DNA of 64,000 nucleotides from Batkoa obscura (Eukaryota): NCBI GenBank assembly GCA_030770535.1, contig JASVEC010000001.1, positions 1,736,001 to 1,800,000 of the forward strand, read 5' to 3'. Shown piece by piece: positions 1 to 12,135 of this stretch (position 1 is its first letter; each line of letters starts with the position of its first letter). The notes under the pieces were generated by a model. It saw only the letters and a program-made list of their open reading frames with translations, ran no database searches and was not told where the DNA came from. The position numbers and the translations under genes were made by a program.

Positions 1-2
1 AT

Positions 3-308
3 ACCTCGCTTATTTCAGGAATTAAAGAAGATGACGATGATAAAGCATTAAAAAAAAGACAACGATTTTTTTCAGATGAAAATAATGCTTCTAGAATCAA
101 TATTGATGAGAACCTTACTTTACATGGGGATTTTTATAACGCTTATTTAGATTTTTCTAAACGTGGATTAGCTATTCCTTTCTTTACTTTAAACGTTATG
201 GATTATTGGGATGGTCATGATCTTTCTTATTATTGTAAGTACGATGGTGATGAAGATATCGTATTTTTTGTAGTTTCATTCCAACTAGTAGAAATCAATA
301 CCATTTAA
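3..308 (+). CDS. DUF1769-family protein, 3' end only (5' part outside window)
   Basis: Frame from nt 3 reads ...KRQRFFSDENN...GDFYNAYLDFSKRGLAIPFFTLNVMDYWDGHDLSYYCK...VFFVVSFQL..TI*, resembling the fungal DUF1769 C-terminus as I recall it. Confidence 0.65.
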   Translation, partial: TSLISGIKEDDDDKALKKRQRFFSDENNASRINIDENLTLHGDFYNAYLDFSKRGLAIPFFTLNVMDYWDGHDLSYYCKYDGDEDIVFFVVSFQLVEINTI

Positions 309-928
309 TCCTTCATTTTTTATTTTATTTGGATAAAATAAGCTAATTAAACCTAATATTTGATTATATTTCATTTTTGAGCTTTGTGATAATAGATATT
401 AACAAAGTAATTTTATTCATTTAATACTCTTTTATTCTGTTTATAGATTTGAAACTTTTTACTATGTTAGAAACTTTTTACATAAACAATGAAATAGAGT
501 AATGATTGTAATTATATCAATAATGGCTTGCACTATATTTTTGTGACAAATTTTATAGTAGATGATAGAATAGTGTTGATATTTTAAAATTTTAATTATA
601 CTATATAAAATGTGTAAAAATACTCATCTATTTCAATGAGTACATTGATACATATTGTAACTAAATACGCAGATTATACTTATATGATACTTGTTTATTC
701 AATGATTCATTATACTATATATAGTATTTTAATAAATGAAAATTAATTATAGAATTTATTAATAAACTTTGAAAGAACAAACTTATCCTATGAATAGATT
801 ATACAACCGATTAATTTATCAAACAAATTCTAAATAATGAGTTACAAGTAGCCAATTGTAATATTTCAGATTAAAGTAATTAAAGATACAGAACATCAGT
901 TTTCATAAATCATATTTATTAATGTCTC

Positions 929-1807
929 CTACTCTCTACTACGATGACGACTGTGACTTTCCTTAGAGTGTATTCTTTTACCATTGATATTTTTCCTATA
1001 AGCTTTAAAAGATCCGTTACGGTGACGAGGTTTAGTAGCATCAAATAATCCTGGCCAGCTATTGCATTGTTTGGTATCTTCTTTATACTCGAAGCAGTTG
1101 TAGCCACCATCTCTTCTTCTTATCCAGCAAGGTGGACAATTGTGACCTTTTACTAAAACATTACAAAGATCACTATAACCACCACGATGACATACATCAT
1201 ACGGATAAGCAGAATCAGAGTTGTCACCAGTTACGGTTGGTCTAGCTTTTTTATCAGAATCAATTAGCTTAATTTCAACATCCTTTGGTACATTAACTTG
1301 ATTATTTTGGTTTTGAGCTGGATTTGAAGAAACAGTTTGGCCTTTATCTACATCAAATAAACCAGGCCAGTTATCGCATTTTTGGGTACCTTCCATGTAT
1401 TCATAGCAATGGTATTTATCCCCTTGTTGAATCCAACAAGGTGGACATTTTTTAAGAGTTATATCACAGATGTAACCCATACCAGCACGATCACAGGTTT
1501 GTGCAGGGTGTTTAACGTTGGTTGATGGGACATAACCATTTGGATTTTTATGAATATCAAACATACCAGGCCATTCATCACATTGTGTACCAGTTCTATA
1601 CTCATAACAGTCATATTTACCAGCATTTTCTATCCAACATGGTGGTACGTTAGCATCACTTTTTTGAACCCAGTCATATGCATTCGCTCTTAAACATTTA
1701 CCAATATCCGGCTTTACAGCATCCCTACGAATAAAATATTGAGCTGAGATAGAATCAATCAAGGTAATACCAAGGATAAAGGAGGTATAAGATAAAGTGG
1801 ATTTCAT
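929..1807 (-). CDS. Secreted Cys/Trp-rich repeat protein, 3 modules plus basic C-terminal tail
   Basis: Intronless 292-aa ORF; hydrophobic signal peptide; RR-DA site; three PPCWI..G.Y.C(Y/F)EY..CxxWPG(M/L)FD modules; TATA-like TATAAAT ~70 nt upstream. Confidence 0.9.
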   Translation of the reverse strand: MKSTLSYTSFILGITLIDSISAQYFIRRDAVKPDIGKCLRANAYDWVQKSDANVPPCWIENAGKYDCYEYRTGTQCDEWPGMFDIHKNPNGYVPSTNVKHPAQTCDRAGMGYICDITLKKCPPCWIQQGDKYHCYEYMEGTQKCDNWPGLFDVDKGQTVSSNPAQNQNNQVNVPKDVEIKLIDSDKKARPTVTGDNSDSAYPYDVCHRGGYSDLCNVLVKGHNCPPCWIRRRDGGYNCFEYKEDTKQCNSWPGLFDATKPRHRNGSFKAYRKNINGKRIHSKESHSRHRSRE

Positions 1808-2206
1808 ATTAAATAACTTTCAAAGTTAATAGTTTTTATTTAAAATTAGGGCCCAAAATTGTATTCATTTCATATTTATAGTTGAGTTAATAATCTATAG
1901 ATAAATTATTTTTAGAAAAAAGCTTTTTAATTAATTTGAATATTATGTTCCTAATTATTATATTACATATTCCTTTCCTGATAAAATTGAGTTCTTTTAT
2001 TTTACTAATTTAGTCATCAATTGACACTTTGAGTTGTTTTAATATATAATATGAGTATTAAATGTAAAGCCTAAAAGTATTCATATTTTAAATATTATCT
2101 ATTAACTAATTGTACTATATCATTATTCAAAAATACATAATTTTTTTCATACATTAATTTAATAACTTAAACCACTAAATTTCAATATAATTTTAAAATA
2201 CTATAT

Positions 2207-2305
2207 GGGGATGTATTTTTGTGTTTAAGAATTTTACTAACAATCTTTCCATTCAAATAGCGCTTAGAAAATGAAAAAATAATGAAGCCAAAAAAAAACA
2301 TCCTC
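2207..2305 (-). mobile_element. MITE family 1 (~100 bp, ATAT-flanked)
   Basis: ATAT-GGGGATGTATTTTT...AATAGCGCTTA...TGAAGCCAAAAAAAAACATCCTC-ATAT. Confidence 0.9.
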
Positions 2306-2946
2306 ATATATTAAATTATAATACGATAGTTTTTACTTTATTAAAACGTAGGAGTTATCGATTTATAACTATTTAATTATCAGTTTATAAACCAAGTTTC
2401 TATGTAACATTTAGTTGAACGTTTCTTAATATTTAAGATAGAATAAATCCCATTATGATTTAGTAGGTATTTTTAATTTATTATAAAAAACATCGATTTA
2501 AAAGAAACAAATAAAATATAGTTTTATAAAATAGTCAAAATGAAGCTTATTATTTTCTGTTCTTGTGAAACAATTTACTTATTTAAAATATCATTTTTAA
2601 TGTCATACATTAATACATGTAGTTTTGTATATTGGGAAATTTAAATAGCTGCACTCATTATGTTCACATATAAAGATGAAATACTAATAGTTTTGATACA
2701 ATTTTCTATACTATAATGATTTTAGTTAATAATAATAACTGATCGATATATAAAATTACAATTAATTAAAAATAAAATACAATAAATTGTTTGTTAGCAT
2801 ATTTAATAAATTTAAACATTAAAGGACTAAATGATTATAGTAGCAATATGGTAATGACTTCTATTTCAATGATTCATTCGCTTTTAAGTAATAAAAAAAC
2901 TGAGCGATTTGGTAGTTAAATTTTTATACAAAAGACATTAACATAT

Positions 2947-3041
2947 GGGATGTTTTTTTTATTTCATCACTTTCCATTTTTTAAGCGCTATTTGAGTGGA
3001 AAGATTGTTATTAAAATCCTTAAGCAAAAAATTATATCCCT
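2947..3041 (+). mobile_element. MITE family 1
   Basis: ATAT-GGGATGTTTT...TAAGCGCTATTTGAGTGGAAAG...TATATCCCT-ATAT. Confidence 0.85.
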
Positions 3042-3106
3042 ATATATTAAAAATAACCCTGAGAGCTTTTTTGTTCAAACCAAAATAGTCATATAAATGA
3101 CGAAAA

Positions 3107-3188
3107 TGTCAACTGTGGGGTTCGAACCCACGCCTCTCTCGAGATTGCATCTTAAGTGCAACGCCTTAGACCGCTCGGCCAAATTGAC
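3107..3188 (-). tRNA. tRNA-Leu(TAA)
   Basis: GTCAATT/AGTTGAC acceptor stem, anticodon arm TTGCA-CTTAAGA-TGCAA, long variable arm, GTTCGAA T-loop. Confidence 0.97.
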
Positions 3189-3275
3189 TTATAGTAAAAC
3201 ATGGTTTACTATATTTAATATAATAAAATTATAGACAAAAAGGTTTATTGATAATAAAATGATAGTATAACAAAA

Positions 3276-6200
3276 TCAAAGGCTATTTAAATTAACGCCT
3301 TGTAACAAGGATGCAATATCAACGGATGGGGCAAGGATAGGGAAGTTGGTAGCTTTTATATTCTTTATAAATAAAGATAATTTTTGATTAAAAGCATCTT
3401 TACTACTTGAAGACAAATCCTTGGTCATATGCTTATGTAATTCATCAAGCTCCTATAAATAAAATATTAAGATCAAACAAATGAACATAATAATAGTTTC
3501 ATACAGTCTTCAATTTAGGTTGAAATTCATAAACCTGGGCGCTAATTAATTTATCTGAAAATTCTGGGAAAAACTATAAAATTGTATAAGAAACGTTATT
3601 TAAGTTTATAAAAATAACAGCTTACATTAAAATCTAAAATTACAATAGGAAGAATGGCTCTTGAGAAATACCAACCATTTATGAGGGAACTTAATAATAA
3701 TTGTAAAAACAACAATTCCAATGTTTTTCCTAATCTCTTGGGATTATCTCTATAAAATTTATGGACTGGTGATTTAAGGTCAGGGTAGTTATATAGTCTA
3801 GTTGCAATTGATTCTATTGATCTACAACATTGATTTACTATTTGTATGTTATTCGTTTGAATACCATTTTCCAAACTTTGATGAATGATATCTTCTACTC
3901 CTTCTACTTTTTTCTTTATATCAATCCAATTATCTATAATTATTGTTTCCAATAAAGAATAATAAGTGGCCTGTAACTTAGGATATAACTATACATAACT
4001 ATTAATGTTAATTTAATGAATAAAAGATTAATATTACATTAAGTTGACTTAATTGTAAGCTAACTAAAACTTTAAAATAACTATTCAAGACTTCTTCAAC
4101 AGTGGTATCTTTATAAACTTTAAAAACGCCAAAACATACGTATGAACCACCAAATAATCTATGTAAAATCATAAAGTATAACCGAATGATTTTTACTCTT
4201 TTAACTTCATTTAATCCAATACTATCATTTAACCATTTTAATATTTTATTTCCTATCATTTATTGATATTTATTAGTAATATGATATAATATATAATATA
4301 ACAATATTAATTTAATTACCTATATGGCATAAAATAGGACTAAATAATTTAATGAAAGTTAATTTGTATAATTAGTATATATCAATAATAAAATTACCCA
4401 AATTCTTTAAATAAAATAACGCCATTTGCTGATGCAATTGGAAATAATAATCTTTGTGAACGATTATAGCACATTTCTCTAAATAATTTGCAAGTTGAAT
4501 GAATAGTTGAATATGATTCAATTGAATCATTTTCATGATTTAAAAGAATTATAAATGGATCAGAAAATAATCTAAAATAGTTTGGGAAAAACCATTCATA
4601 AATATAACAAAACTGTTGTCTTTGAGTTAATGAAATAAACATTCCTTCAAAATCTCGTGCTAATCCACTCAATGAAAATACTTTTGCTGTAGTTAATTCA
4701 AATGAATTTTTATGAGCTAATAATTGTTGTTCAAAACAAACCTTAAAATTATTATCAAATATTGTTTCAACTTGATTATTATTTAATAATAACAATTTAA
4801 TTAAACAGCTATAAAATTGAGAACGATATTTTAAATGAAAATTATTATTCATAAATGGGTAATGATCTGGACCATGATAATTTAACATATGATTAACTAT
4901 ATTACTATTTTTCAATTTTTGTGAAATTGCATATGAATTAGTTAATTTAACTAATACTTGTATTGAACTAACAATTATATTTGAAGAATCATTATAAATA
5001 CTAGTTAAATTAATATAAATTCGATTAACCATTGCTTCTAATATTGCTTCTACACCATCTAAACTATTATTATCTTTTAACTTTTGAACTACAACATTAA
5101 CTTTATATCCACTATCACTTAAATAGGTATCTTGTAATTTTCCAAAAAAGTATAAAAAGCCCTTGCCTAAATTTTGTTGGCTTTCACGATTCATAAGATT
5201 ATTATTCTATTTAATATATATATAAGTATTTAAGTTCTATTTAATAATTTAATTATTACTCTTGTAAGAAGTGCTTGATTTAAAAGCAATAATGAAAACA
5301 TTCTACTACATAGCTCTGCATCTGCTTTATTATCTTCATCTAAAGAATGATATGTCTAAACAAATTTAATATTTAGTCGATATCTATAAAACTATAACAA
5401 TTAAAATTACTACTCTTACCGCCAAAAAGGCACCAACAATATGAGAAAACCAAGCCAATTTAGAATGTAAAAGATCAATTGTATTTAAATTAATATTACT
5501 ACTATTTATAACACTCTAAATAATAAGTTAATTTGCATCTTATTATTTAATTAAAAAAATTACTTGATATTCAAAAAATATTGGATCAAAGTTCTTTAAC
5601 AAAATATCTTTACTTAAAGTATAACGGTATCTGGCAATAGTACATAGTGCCTCTAAACTTTCATGAATATGTTCTTGTGAGCATAATAAATCTAAAATAA
5701 AAATTGTTATATATATCATAGAATAATAGAATGAAATTACCTTCAAAACTAGAATCTCCACTATAAATTTCATCAGTAGCTTTTAATCTGTAATCCAAGA
5801 ATATACTAAAGATCTAGAATGAAATTAAATATATTAAAATAAAACAATTAATTAATAAATTAATGTTTACCTCAGTAGGGAACATATGAAAATCTAAATG
5901 ATGATGTGATGAATTTGATGGAGAAGAAGGTTGAATGAAGTTCCAGGAAGATTCAACTAATTTTACCCATGTACGTAGTATATAATGAACTGAATTAGGA
6001 TAAGACTAAATAATAGAATATATTAAATTATATTAAAATATATTAAAATGATAAATTAAAAATTACTACCTCCCATTTCTGCATACTGATCTTACTAAAA
6101 TGCCAATATGCAATAATAAACCTATTTAATAAAATATTATTAATCTTAATATATATTTATTAGATTATTAGATTATTAGATTATTAGATTACCTATAATA

Positions 6201-7516
6201 TACTGTTGTGTTAGTGATATTTTGTAAATGATGAACTGAACGAAATCTACAAATAGCTCTTGCCACAGTATGGTGATTATCTATATCATCTAGATTTAAA
6301 CCATTTTCCAATAAATGATTAAAATTATTTAAAATATTAGTAGTAAAATCAATAATTTCTTTATCATTTAATAAACTCTTTCTTAAAGTTAATAATGATA
6401 TCATAGCATCAATACTCAAATGAGATAATGGTGTTCTTAATTTACTATATAAATAAAAAAACCCATTGCAAAATTTTTCATCTATTAATGTAATTTTCCA
6501 ATCTCTTGGAAACTAAATATTTTATTTTGTTAAAATTATATTATAATAAATAATAGATAATAAATAATAAATAATAAATAAATAATAAACAATAAAATGC
6601 TTACTTGCGTTGAGCCAGAATCATCTTCAGATGGATCACCATGTGAACCCATAAAATCAAAGGTTAAAAACCCTTTTAAACAAAGTAATAACTCTTCGAC
6701 GTAAGATAAATTGTATTCTTCAACTAAATAAATAATTTAGAATATTAATTGATTATTATAATATATTTTTACTATACGAGAATTCCGAAAAATTTATTAA
6801 ATCATAAAACATTCCCAATACCAATTCAAACAATCCAAACATTGGTCCATCTCTAAAATCATTGACCATTCGTCGATTGTTTAAATGCTCTTCTTCATCT
6901 ATTATCCTTAAGAACTCAATTAATAATATCATTCCTATCTTTTTATGTCCATAATCTCCCTGGTTTTAATTTAAAATAAGGTTATTAATAACAATGTGAT
7001 TATAATTACCATTAAAAATTGATTCAAATCTTCAGCTATGCCTGGGCTGAGCACTTTGTAATTTGATTTAATAATAATGGCATACATTATGGCCATATTT
7101 GTAGTTAAAAATTTACTACTATTTCTTCTAAAATATATAGTCTCCAATATTCCTTTTTCTATATATTCATATGTTATTACTTTATCAAAAGATTATTATA
7201 TATATTTACTTAATTCGTCTAATTTTTCTGGTTTTAATAAAGTAACAATGGTTTGAATATCTTTAATAAATCTAGAAGAACAATACATATCTAAGTAAGC
7301 ATTATTTCCTCCATTGTTATTGATAGCTCTTAATAAAAATTGAGAATAATCCCACACATCTTGACTAGCATTACTATCTTGAAGTTGAATTTCAGGTAAT
7401 ATTACACTTAATTGTAATTCGCTTTTTTGTCTTTCCGCTAAACTAGAAGCTGTATAAAGGACTTGAGCATACTCAATTATCAATCGAATTTTTTCGTTTA
7501 TATTATACATGTCCAT
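3276..7516 (-). CDS. XPO7: Exportin-7 / RanBP16-like nuclear transport receptor (multi-exon)
   Basis: Exons include NRSQRLLFPIASANGVILFKE, HHTVARAICRF, KYRSQFYSCL and a terminal KDAFNQKLSLF; short GT-AG introns. Confidence 0.85.
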
Positions 7517-7615
7517 TGTGTATTAAAATTTCGATATAAAAGTTGATAAAATAATAGGAGTTTAAAATTTCAATTTTGCTTTCGTATGTTTTTAGTAAAT
7601 GAAAAATTTAGTGGT

Positions 7616-7622
7616 CCAATCA
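7616..7622. promoter_or_regulatory. CCAAT box (NF-Y/HAP-type) upstream of XPO7
   Basis: CCAATCA ~100 nt upstream of the ATG; CCAATC also sits ~70-100 nt upstream of ESA1 (47805, 47835), ARPC2 (50477) and TMA16 (53487). Confidence 0.45.
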
Positions 7623-8043
7623 TTATGATTATTCTTACTTGGGTGCCATCCATAGCATCAAATTAACTAAAGCTATTTGATAAATATTTTATGAAAAACC
7701 ATTGTTTTTAAAGCAAAATTTTTACCCCAGAGCATTTGTAATAAGATTATTGGGAAGTAGAGGTACAATTTTAAATAGTTTTACCGAAGTTTAAACCCAT
7801 CTAATTTAAAGTTCAACTTTTAAATTTCTTAACTTGAATGATAATCAAGTAAAGAAATCAACAAACTACTACAAGATAATAATATTAATAGACTTATAAA
7901 GCATATCTCAATAAAACTGCCCCTTTTTTGAGTAGTAATTAATGTAAACAATTAACAAAGTATTATTAATCAATTAAATATCATACCTCCTGATGTCCAA
8001 AAATAAAATATATATAATACATTATAATTTATAATAGTAACTT

Positions 8044-8125
8044 GTCAATTTGGCCGAGCGGTCTAAGGCGTTGCACTTAAGATGCAATCTCGAGAGAGGC
8101 GTGGGTTCGAACCCCACAGTTGACA
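8044..8125 (+). tRNA. tRNA-Leu(TAA), identical inverted copy of 3107-3188
   Basis: Same 82-nt cloverleaf on the opposite strand. Confidence 0.97.
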
Positions 8126-8271
8126 TAATAATATTATTATTTTTTAGTTAAATTTTTACACTAACCGAAGCACATATTTTCTGAAGAAAAACAATTTTGT
8201 TGATGCTTTATATTATTCTAAGGACAAAATGTATATTTACTATATCAATACACTATTCAGATAAAATCTCA

Positions 8272-8963
8272 ATATATTAAAGCGTAGAAAGCGATAAAAG
8301 TAATATTTGATTTACATTTTTATTTTATTTTATTTTACAAAATTAACAAGTTAGAAAGCAATATAAACAAATTATTGAGAAATATCAATCATCCCACCCC
8401 ATGGACATTTACCACTAGATTTGACATAACAATCATATTTGTTACCGTTCTTTACCCAACAATCTGGACATTTTTCTTTTTTAGTATCACATAAAGTACC
8501 CATATTACCATGATTACAAGTTTCAGCTGGTGGACCACCATGTTGTTGATTATGAATATCAAACATACCAGCCCAATTATCACATTTTTTGGTATTTTTA
8601 TCAACATATTCATAACAATCAAATTTACCACCATTTTCAACCCAACATGGTGGTACATTAGCATCATTGATATTAGCCCATCCATAAGCTGAGTTATTAG
8701 CTTTTAAACATTTATCCTTAGAAGCTTCACGTTTGAAGACATGTTTTAAGGCATTTTTGAAGGAGAAAGCTTCGGCACAGGAAGCAGCAATGAGGATAGC
8801 AGAGATAGCAATAGTAGATTTCATTTTAGATAGATAAATGTAAAGAAATAATACAAGTTAAGTTTATACTTGATTCAAAGTTAGATATTATATTATTGTT
8901 AAGACTTCAAGCTATTTATACTATTCTCAACCACTTTGACGGAATTTTATGGACAAATTTATA
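8272..8963 (-). repeat. 692-bp inverted duplication, left arm (partner 11073-11764)
   Basis: Reverse complement matches 11073-11764 with constant coordinate sum 20036 (no indels); includes TATA, CDS and 3' UTR. Confidence 0.95.
8372..8824 (-). CDS. Secreted Cys/Trp-rich repeat protein, 2 modules
   Basis: 150 aa; signal MKSTIAISAILIAASCAEA; propeptide FSFKNALKHVFKR-EA; PPCW and CPDCW modules. Confidence 0.92.
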   Translation of the reverse strand: MKSTIAISAILIAASCAEAFSFKNALKHVFKREASKDKCLKANNSAYGWANINDANVPPCWVENGGKFDCYEYVDKNTKKCDNWAGMFDIHNQQHGGPPAETCNHGNMGTLCDTKKEKCPDCWVKNGNKYDCYVKSSGKCPWGGMIDISQ

Positions 8964-10115
8964 AGTTGATTTAGCACGGTCAATTTAGATCATTTTTTCG
9001 AATTTTCATAATCGTGAGAAATTAATAGAACTATCATTTAAAACCATAAACTATGATAATAAATTATTATCATATAATATATATTGATATTATTATCTTA
9101 ATGTTAACTGTTAGTAGTTTTATAAATATTGTGAATTAAGCAAATAATATAACACTGCATTTTTAAATTCACAAATCCTATTAAAACCTAACTTGAAAAT
9201 TGTCAATTATAGCTATAAGTGGTTTACATACGGCTATTGAACTTTAAATTTGATTTGTATGTGGTGATAAAAAAAGTTAAGGCAGGATGATTGGCTGAAT
9301 AATACTGAACAAAACTAAAACAATTTGATTAGCTGAATAAAATTCACAAATGTTGGCTGCCAACTTTATTAATTGATTTATAGTTTTACAATGCATAGAA
9401 CTGTAGCAAGATTAATGTAATCATTAGTTGTATTTTGAAAATCAAGTTCATTTTTTATTTACAAAAAACTTGTGATTTTAAAGGTGGTGGTTACTTTATT
9501 TTTTAAGGAGAAATTCGGTATAAATTAGTCAAGTTAGCTGTTAATGTCAAACTCGACGTTATTTTGAAAAAAATCAAAATTGTAAAAATTCTTTGTATAA
9601 TTATAATTATATTTCGTTATCGTTTATGACTTTTTTATAGTAGCATATATTCAATTAAGCATCTTTTATATCATTAAACTTCTTACTTAACCCATTATAT
9701 GGTATATTTAAGTTATTATTGATACATATATATTAAATGTTTTATTTAATCGCCTTGACCATGTATTGGATCAATACATAGCTTTTAAATTCGAGAAATG
9801 GAAAAATATTTCACTGCTAATTATAGTACTTAATTTAATAGCCACCTCCGACTCTTCATTTACAGTATTAATATATTTAATATTATGGCTAAGGGTTTAA
9901 AAATAGAAGTTGAAATACTAACACAATACCCTTATCTTCAAGCTAGTTATATTCCCCTCAATTTTTTCCATCTCTTATAATATAGTATTTCGATAAATTA
10001 AAATTCACTCTTTTATCAATTTTAGTTTTTATACTTAAATTGATTTTTAATTAGTAAAGTATAAAAGTGATCTAATATTAATAATAAGAATTAGTGATAG
10101 TGTTGAAAAGCTCAT

Positions 10116-10148
10116 TTTATTTTATTTTATTTTATTTTATTTTATTTT
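10116..10148. repeat. (TTTTA)n microsatellite
   Basis: About six tandem TTTTA units. Confidence 0.7.
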
Positions 10149-10281
10149 TCATACATTTGAATTATTTGAATCATAATATCGTTGATAATGATTTATGGGT
10201 TATTTAGTTTGAAATTTAAATTTATTATCAAAGAAAAAGTTGTTTATTTATGATAGATAGGGAAAACAAAATCCAATATAT

Positions 10282-10548
10282 GGATACTTTTTACTAATAG
10301 TCCTTTTTTACTATTCTTGAATTTAGAAATTGGTTAACCAGTATACTGTTTAAACTTGATGTGTGATAGCTAACTGGTTATTTTAAAATAAAAACTAAAC
10401 TAACAAGCCTCAAATTGCCATAATAAATCAAATAGATGGCTATAGAATTTATCCTTTGACAGCACACATTCGAACTTAAACAGCACACTAGTTAATCGAT
10501 TTCTAAATTTTAAAACAATAGCAAAAAAGAGTGATAGGTAAAAAACAT
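10282..10548. mobile_element. MITE family 2 (~265 bp, long imperfect TIRs)
   Basis: ~80-bp imperfect terminal inverted repeats; near-identical inverted copy at 14030-14297. Confidence 0.75.
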
Positions 10549-10550
10549 AT

Positions 10551-10649
10551 GGGGGTGTTTTTTTTGGCTTCATTATTTTTTCCATTTTTTAAGCGCTATT
10601 TGAGTGGAAAGATTGTTAGTAAAATTCTTAAACACAAAAATACATCCCC
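10551..10649 (+). mobile_element. MITE family 1
   Basis: ATAT-GGGGGTGTTTTTTTTGGCTTCA...AATACATCCCC-ATAT; abuts the family-2 element. Confidence 0.92.
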
Positions 10650-11072
10650 ATATATATATTGATATTCTAGCTAGTATCATTATACTTTAAATTTACGCTA
10701 ATCTTTCGATAAAGTAACAAAAAGTCATATCAAAATCTGCATCAATTTTTCCCGCTATTTAAACTATAATATTCTCAAAATAAACTTTAAACCCTTCACA
10801 TTGCATGCTGCTGGGTAAAATTTAAAATTTAAAAAATGGAATAAATAAAGACATGGATAAATATCAAATAAAAGGATATATGTGAATCCAACTAACAAAA
10901 AAATAACTCCTATTTTATATTATTCATGTAGCCGATTCGCCGCTACTGACAGGGTTGAATAAATAGGAACAGCATTATTGGATCATCCTTGTCATAGTTT
11001 ATTCTTAGGAGTTATTTTAAAAGTTAGTTTAAAAACATACAAAAAATTGGAAATTTAAATAACAAAAGATAA

Positions 11073-11764
11073 TATAAATTTGTCCATAAAATTCCGTCAA
11101 AGTGGTTGAGAATAGTATAAATAGCTTGAAGTCTTAACAATAATATAATATCTAACTTTGAATCAAGTATAAACTTAACTTGTATTATTTCTTTACATTT
11201 ATCTATCTAAAATGAAATCTACTATTGCTATCTCTGCTATCCTCATTGCTGCTTCCTGTGCCGAAGCTTTCTCCTTCAAAAATGCCTTAAAACATGTCTT
11301 CAAACGTGAAGCTTCTAAGGATAAATGTTTAAAAGCTAATAACTCAGCTTATGGATGGGCTAATATCAATGATGCTAATGTACCACCATGTTGGGTTGAA
11401 AATGGTGGTAAATTTGATTGTTATGAATATGTTGATAAAAATACCAAAAAATGTGATAATTGGGCTGGTATGTTTGATATTCATAATCAACAACATGGTG
11501 GTCCACCAGCTGAAACTTGTAATCATGGTAATATGGGTACTTTATGTGATACTAAAAAAGAAAAATGTCCAGATTGTTGGGTAAAGAACGGTAACAAATA
11601 TGATTGTTATGTCAAATCTAGTGGTAAATGTCCATGGGGTGGGATGATTGATATTTCTCAATAATTTGTTTATATTGCTTTCTAACTTGTTAATTTTGTA
11701 AAATAAAATAAAATAAAAATGTAAATCAAATATTACTTTTATCGCTTTCTACGCTTTAATATAT
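11073..11764 (+). repeat. 692-bp inverted duplication, right arm
   Basis: Matches the reverse complement of 8272-8963. Confidence 0.95.
11212..11664 (+). CDS. Secreted Cys/Trp-rich repeat protein, identical to 8372-8824
   Basis: Identical 150-aa translation; TATAAATA at ~11116. Confidence 0.92.
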   Translation: MKSTIAISAILIAASCAEAFSFKNALKHVFKREASKDKCLKANNSAYGWANINDANVPPCWVENGGKFDCYEYVDKNTKKCDNWAGMFDIHNQQHGGPPAETCNHGNMGTLCDTKKEKCPDCWVKNGNKYDCYVKSSGKCPWGGMIDISQ

Positions 11765-12135
11765 CCGGTGTTTTTAATAAAACAATAAAGTGGTTAATTA
11801 AATTGCTATTTTAAAAAAATATTGATCTATTTTGCTATTTAAGTACTATAGCCTTAAATTAAATTCTCTTTAATGAATATACATATGTTTCATATTGTCT
11901 TTACACTCAATAAACTTAACTTTTAATTCTTAAATGTAACAGTTTGTTAAATTCGTTGCTCATATTGAATTAAACTTTACAACTTTGATTTTAAAAGCAA
12001 GTTGGCTAGCCTAAATCTGAGATACAATTTTATTTATTGGTGGATTAATGCATAGCATGAAAATAGAGAATAAAGTGCACAAAAATAATTGAAAATTGTT
12101 TTTCTTAATTTAATTCCTGCTAAAAACAAGACAAA

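Noticed and set aside
6161..6600. Short tandem repeats (TAGATTAT)n and (TAAATAA)n; also the 12-bp repeat at ~52846-52890
   Set aside because: Intronic AT-rich slippage repeats; not telomeric or otherwise informative.
10400..10585. ORF MEKIMKPKK... and the similar N-terminus of ORF 32668-33129
   Set aside because: Translations of MITE sequence, not genes.
8452..11584. Alternative-frame and antisense ORFs over the Cys-rich genes (also 19615-19950, 22389-22700)
   Set aside because: Shadows of the real CDS; their recurrence follows from the paralogy.
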